Below the pieces are notes generated by a model, which was not told where the DNA came from, did not search any database, and worked only from the letters and a program-made list of their open reading frames with translations. A stretch of DNA of 58,813 bases, from assembly GCA_021158265.1 (NCBI GenBank), contig JAGGUY010000015.1:1-58813 (forward strand), given 5' to 3'. This DNA comes from Thermoprotei archaeon. GTDB taxonomy: Archaea > Thermoproteota > Thermoprotei_A > EX4484-217-1. The position numbers and the translations under genes were made by a program. This document shows, piece by piece, positions 55,375 to 58,813 of the stretch (position 1 is the stretch's first letter; each line of letters opens with the position of its first letter).

Positions 55375-56523
55375 ATGAGGAAAGTGTATGTTGTTGGTGT
55401 AGGCTTCACTAAAATAGGTAGGTTTTTCGACAAAGGTCTAAGAGAGCTTTTCGCAGAAGCCGCCATTAAAGCCTTAGATGATATAGGAGGCGAAAATGTC
55501 CAAGCATTAGTTGTAGGTAACATGATGAGTAGTTCTCTTGGCGAACAAGACAATTTAGGTGCCGTACTAGCTGACTACGCCGGGCTTGGAGGAATACCTG
55601 CTTTCAAAGTAGAAGCAGCATGCGGTAGTGGCGGAGTAGCTGTTTATACAGGTTACTCACTTGTGGCTTCAGGGCTCTTCGACATAGTTATGGTAGGTGG
55701 TGTTGAAAAGCAAACGGAGTATCCAACGAGAATAGTTTCTAAAGGTCTTGCACAAGCATCGGATGCCGAGTACGAACTATTCTATGGTATAAGCTTTACT
55801 GGACTAAATGCTTTAGTTATGCGTAAGTACATGGAAACATACGGCATATCGAGAGATGAAATGTCGGTATGGCCCGTTTTAATGCATAAAAACGCCTCAA
55901 AGAACCCTTATGCGCAACTCCCATTTGAAGTAACTATTGAGCAAGTAAGTAATTCGATGCTTATAGCCGATCCTATAAGACTATTGGACTCAAGCCCCAT
56001 AGGTGATGGCGCAGCAGCATTAGTTCTAGCATCAGAAAAATATGCTAGAAAACTCTCCGACACACCGGTTGAAATAGCCGGTGTTGGATTAGCTACAGAC
56101 CATATATACATTGCGTATAGAGATGACCTATTAAAGCTGAAAGCAACGATTGATGCGTCAAAGGTAGCTTACCGTATGGCGAAGGTAGAGCCTTCGCAAA
56201 TAGATGTAGTTGAAGAGCATGATGCATTTACAATTCTAGGATACATGAACCTGGAGGATTTAGGTTTCAGCGAAAGAGGAAAAACGCCGAAAGAAATAGC
56301 TGAAGGAAGATTTCATCCCGGAGATAAGCCAACTGTTAATCCGAGCGGAGGGTTAAAGGCACGAGGTCATCCTGTTGGAGCGACTGGGGTTTACCAAGTA
56401 GCTGAAGTAGCTATGCAACTTAGAGGTGATTACCCTGGAGTAAAAGTTAATGGAGAAATAGGGTTAGCTCAGAGCATTGGAGGTTTAGGAACAACAGTTT
56501 CTGTAATAATACTTAGGAGGTGA
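55375..56523 (+). CDS. acetoacetyl-CoA thiolase (acetyl-CoA C-acetyltransferase)
   Basis: 382-aa ORF; 'VEAACGSGGVAV' (active-site Cys), 'NPSGGLKARGHPVGATG'. Confidence 0.85.
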   Translation: MRKVYVVGVGFTKIGRFFDKGLRELFAEAAIKALDDIGGENVQALVVGNMMSSSLGEQDNLGAVLADYAGLGGIPAFKVEAACGSGGVAVYTGYSLVASGLFDIVMVGGVEKQTEYPTRIVSKGLAQASDAEYELFYGISFTGLNALVMRKYMETYGISRDEMSVWPVLMHKNASKNPYAQLPFEVTIEQVSNSMLIADPIRLLDSSPIGDGAAALVLASEKYARKLSDTPVEIAGVGLATDHIYIAYRDDLLKLKATIDASKVAYRMAKVEPSQIDVVEEHDAFTILGYMNLEDLGFSERGKTPKEIAEGRFHPGDKPTVNPSGGLKARGHPVGATGVYQVAEVAMQLRGDYPGVKVNGEIGLAQSIGGLGTTVSVIILRR

Positions 56524-56530
56524 AAACTGT

Positions 56531-56950
56531 TTGAGCATGAAGTTCTCAATACCTAAAACGTGGAGGGAAAGGAAACCCCATTACCTTCTTGAAGCAACAA
56601 AATGCAAGAATTGCGGAAAGATCCATTATCCTCCAAGAACAGTCTGTGATAAATGCGGAAGCAGAGATCTTGAAAGAACCAGATTAAGCGGCGAAGGAAG
56701 GATTGTATCGTATACTGTTCAATACGTTGTTTTAGACGGATTCAGAGATTATGCGCCAATAATTTATGCCATAGTTGAGCTTAAGGAAGGTGTAAGGGTT
56801 CTAGCTCCTTTAACAGATGTGAAACCTGGAGATGTGAAAATAGGGCTTAAGGTTAAAGCGGTGCTTAGAAAGGTTAGCGAGGATGGAAAACTAGGGTTAA
56901 TAAGGTATGCTATAAAATTTAAACCATTAGAGGCTGAATCTCAGAAATGA
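56531..56950 (+). CDS. DUF35 OB-fold/zinc-ribbon protein (scaffold of the thiolase/HMGCS complex)
   Basis: 139-aa ORF; Zn ribbon '[20 protein letters not shown]' followed by an OB fold. Confidence 0.85.
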   Translation: MSMKFSIPKTWRERKPHYLLEATKCKNCGKIHYPPRTVCDKCGSRDLERTRLSGEGRIVSYTVQYVVLDGFRDYAPIIYAIVELKEGVRVLAPLTDVKPGDVKIGLKVKAVLRKVSEDGKLGLIRYAIKFKPLEAESQK

Positions 56951-58203
56951 AGTTAGAAAATAAGCTTAAAGAGATAGTAGAGAAGGTGGTTAGGGGAGAA
57001 ATAAAGTTTCACGAATTAGATACTATACTAGGTAATAGCAATGAAGCAACGCTTGTTAGAAGGTTGGCTTTAGAGAAAATTCTAGGGATTTCTTTAACAA
57101 ACATAGCTTTCACAACAATAGACTGGGTTGAAGTTGTAGGAAGAAACATTGAAAATCCCATAGGCGCTGTTCACATACCTTTAGGAATAGCTGGTCCATT
57201 AAAGATAAATGGTGAATATGCTAAAGGAGAATTCTACATCCCGTTAGCGACATCGGAAGGAGCTCTTGTAGCTAGTGTGAATAGAGGCTGTAAGGCTATA
57301 AGTGAAAGCGGAGGCGCCACAGTTAGAATATTGAATGATGGTATGGCTCGTGCACCAGTTTTCCGTGTAAACTCTATTGTTGATGGAATAGAGTTAATCA
57401 ACTGGGTTAATGAAAATTTTGATAAGCTAAAAGCTGAGGCTGAATCTACAACAAGACATGGAAAGCTAGTAAGAATAGAGCCATTCATGGTAGGAAACAA
57501 TGTGTGGTTAAGATGCATTTACACTACAGGAGACGCTATGGGCATGAATATGGTTACAATAGCTACCGATAAAATATGTAAGTTTATTGAGAAGGAATTT
57601 AGGAAAGCCAAATGTGTTTCGCTCAGCGGAAACATGTGCGTAGATAAGAAACCATCTATACTCAATATGCTACATGGTAGGGGAAAAACAGTTGTTGCTG
57701 AAGCAGTGATTAAGAAAGATGTTGTTGAAGATGTTTTGAAAACCAAACCGGAACACATAGTAGAAGTAAATGTGAGAAAGAATCTTCTAGGATCGGCAAG
57801 AGCTGGAAGTATAAGCTTCAACGCACACTTCGCTAACATTGTCGCAGCAATATTTCTAGCTACAGGTCAAGATGCTGCTCAAATAGTTGAAAGTAGCATG
57901 GGATATACTTGGGCAGAATTAACCGAGGAGAACAACCTATACATTTCAGTAACTCTTCCAAGCCTTGAGGTAGGTACCGTAGGTGGAGGTACACGCTTAC
58001 CCACACAAAAAGAGGCATTGAAAATTCTTGGAGTTTACGGTTCAGGAAACCCTCCAGGAACTAATGCCAAGAAATTTGCTGAGATAATAGCAGCAACAGT
58101 ATTAGCTGGAGAGCTAAGCTTACTAGCTGCTTTAGCAGCCGGTCATTTAGCTGAAGCACACAAAAAATTAGGTAGAGGACTTATTTGGAAATCTAAAAGA
58201 TAA
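56947..58203 (+). CDS. hmgA: HMG-CoA reductase (class I-like archaeal type)
   Basis: 418-aa ORF whose start overlaps the DUF35 stop (ATGA); '[13 protein letters not shown]', '[10 protein letters not shown]', 'VGTVGGGT'. Confidence 0.9.
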   Translation: MKLENKLKEIVEKVVRGEIKFHELDTILGNSNEATLVRRLALEKILGISLTNIAFTTIDWVEVVGRNIENPIGAVHIPLGIAGPLKINGEYAKGEFYIPLATSEGALVASVNRGCKAISESGGATVRILNDGMARAPVFRVNSIVDGIELINWVNENFDKLKAEAESTTRHGKLVRIEPFMVGNNVWLRCIYTTGDAMGMNMVTIATDKICKFIEKEFRKAKCVSLSGNMCVDKKPSILNMLHGRGKTVVAEAVIKKDVVEDVLKTKPEHIVEVNVRKNLLGSARAGSISFNAHFANIVAAIFLATGQDAAQIVESSMGYTWAELTEENNLYISVTLPSLEVGTVGGGTRLPTQKEALKILGVYGSGNPPGTNAKKFAEIIAATVLAGELSLLAALAAGHLAEAHKKLGRGLIWKSKR

Positions 58204-58813
58204 CAAAAACAATACTTTTCATTAACGCCTTTTTAAGCTCAACCAAATTTTCCTCGATTTTGAAAAAACATGTCCTAAAGTATTCTTCAACTTCGGATAG
58301 AACTTCTTCATCAATATTTAGCTTCTCATAGAAATCTAAACAGCAAACATATGTTCTGATTTTCTCTTCAAGTATAGGGGTTGGATTAAAGCCCCATACA
58401 GCACTTCCACCTTCGAGTACATATTTTAGATTTCCATAGTGTAATAACTCTTTAAAACATGGTGCTAATAGAATGTATGGGTTATTGAATGAGGTTTCTT
58501 TAACACAATTTACAGGTACCGCTACATAGCTTGAAGCAAGCCCTTCAAGATCTCTAACATATATTCTGGATAAACATTTAGGGCCCAAAACTACTGTTTT
58601 ACCTAAAACATTTTTAGGTACTTCAACTCCTCTTTCAACAATTTTCCCTAACGCTAAAGTGCCTAGAACCGTGTGTTTCTTTAGAGTAAGTGCTAGATAA
58701 TCTATGTCCGTTAATAGAGCATATTTCACCCTAACGAGTACGTGATCCTTATGGACTATAGCGTATCTCTCAAAATCCCTAAATAATTCTCCATTCCTAG
58801 CAATAAGCTTAAA
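58193..58813 (-). CDS. hypothetical protein, possibly a degenerate MDR/alcohol-dehydrogenase-like fold; 5' end outside the window
   Basis: The frame stays open to the window edge ('...[15 protein letters not shown]' resembles the GroES-like N-domain of MDR enzymes, but the zinc ligands are not evident). Confidence 0.4.
   Translation of the reverse strand, partial: FKLIARNGELFRDFERYAIVHKDHVLVRVKYALLTDIDYLALTLKKHTVLGTLALGKIVERGVEVPKNVLGKTVVLGPKCLSRIYVRDLEGLASSYVAVPVNCVKETSFNNPYILLAPCFKELLHYGNLKYVLEGGSAVWGFNPTPILEEKIRTYVCCLDFYEKLNIDEEVLSEVEEYFRTCFFKIEENLVELKKALMKSIVFVIF

Overview
AT-rich, very gene-dense segment (about 70 genes, many convergent 3' overlaps, frequent GTG/TTG starts, GGTGA-type Shine-Dalgarno motifs). 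The gene content points to a hyperthermophilic crenarchaeon (Thermoprotei): eL13, Hjc resolvase, Trm5/Taw3 wyosine enzymes, two AdoMetDC-type pyruvoyl decarboxylase paralogs, a PIN+KH ATPase, stomatin/NfeD, and biotin carboxylase/BCCP/carboxyltransferase next to BirA. LeuRS, glutamate dehydrogenase, an Opp/Dpp-type peptide ABC operon and a complete early mevalonate block (HMG-CoA synthase, thiolase, DUF35, HMG-CoA reductase) are also present. I found no rRNA, tRNA or CRISPR array. Most of the window is housekeeping. The items most worth a second look are: (1) a tight three-gene cassette led by an orphan 148-aa GGDEF/Cas10-palm-like cyclase, with a wHTH-plus-sensor protein and an unknown protein, beside a GNAT-ABC-ATPase fusion; (2) a strongly GC-rich structured element with a K-turn and GNRA loop next to a zinc-finger-less TnpB-like gene; (3) an ACT-V4R gene split by one in-frame TAG; (4) an apparently circularly permuted family-5 substrate-binding protein; (5) a 79-nt perfect repeat between the oppD and oppF 3' ends; (6) competing G5/C5 hairpins upstream of one decarboxylase paralog; (7) a nuclease-HTH gene with no canonical start codon; (8) a breakpoint flanked by two 5'-truncated gene fragments. 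All functional calls rest on motif recognition by eye, since no database search could be run.
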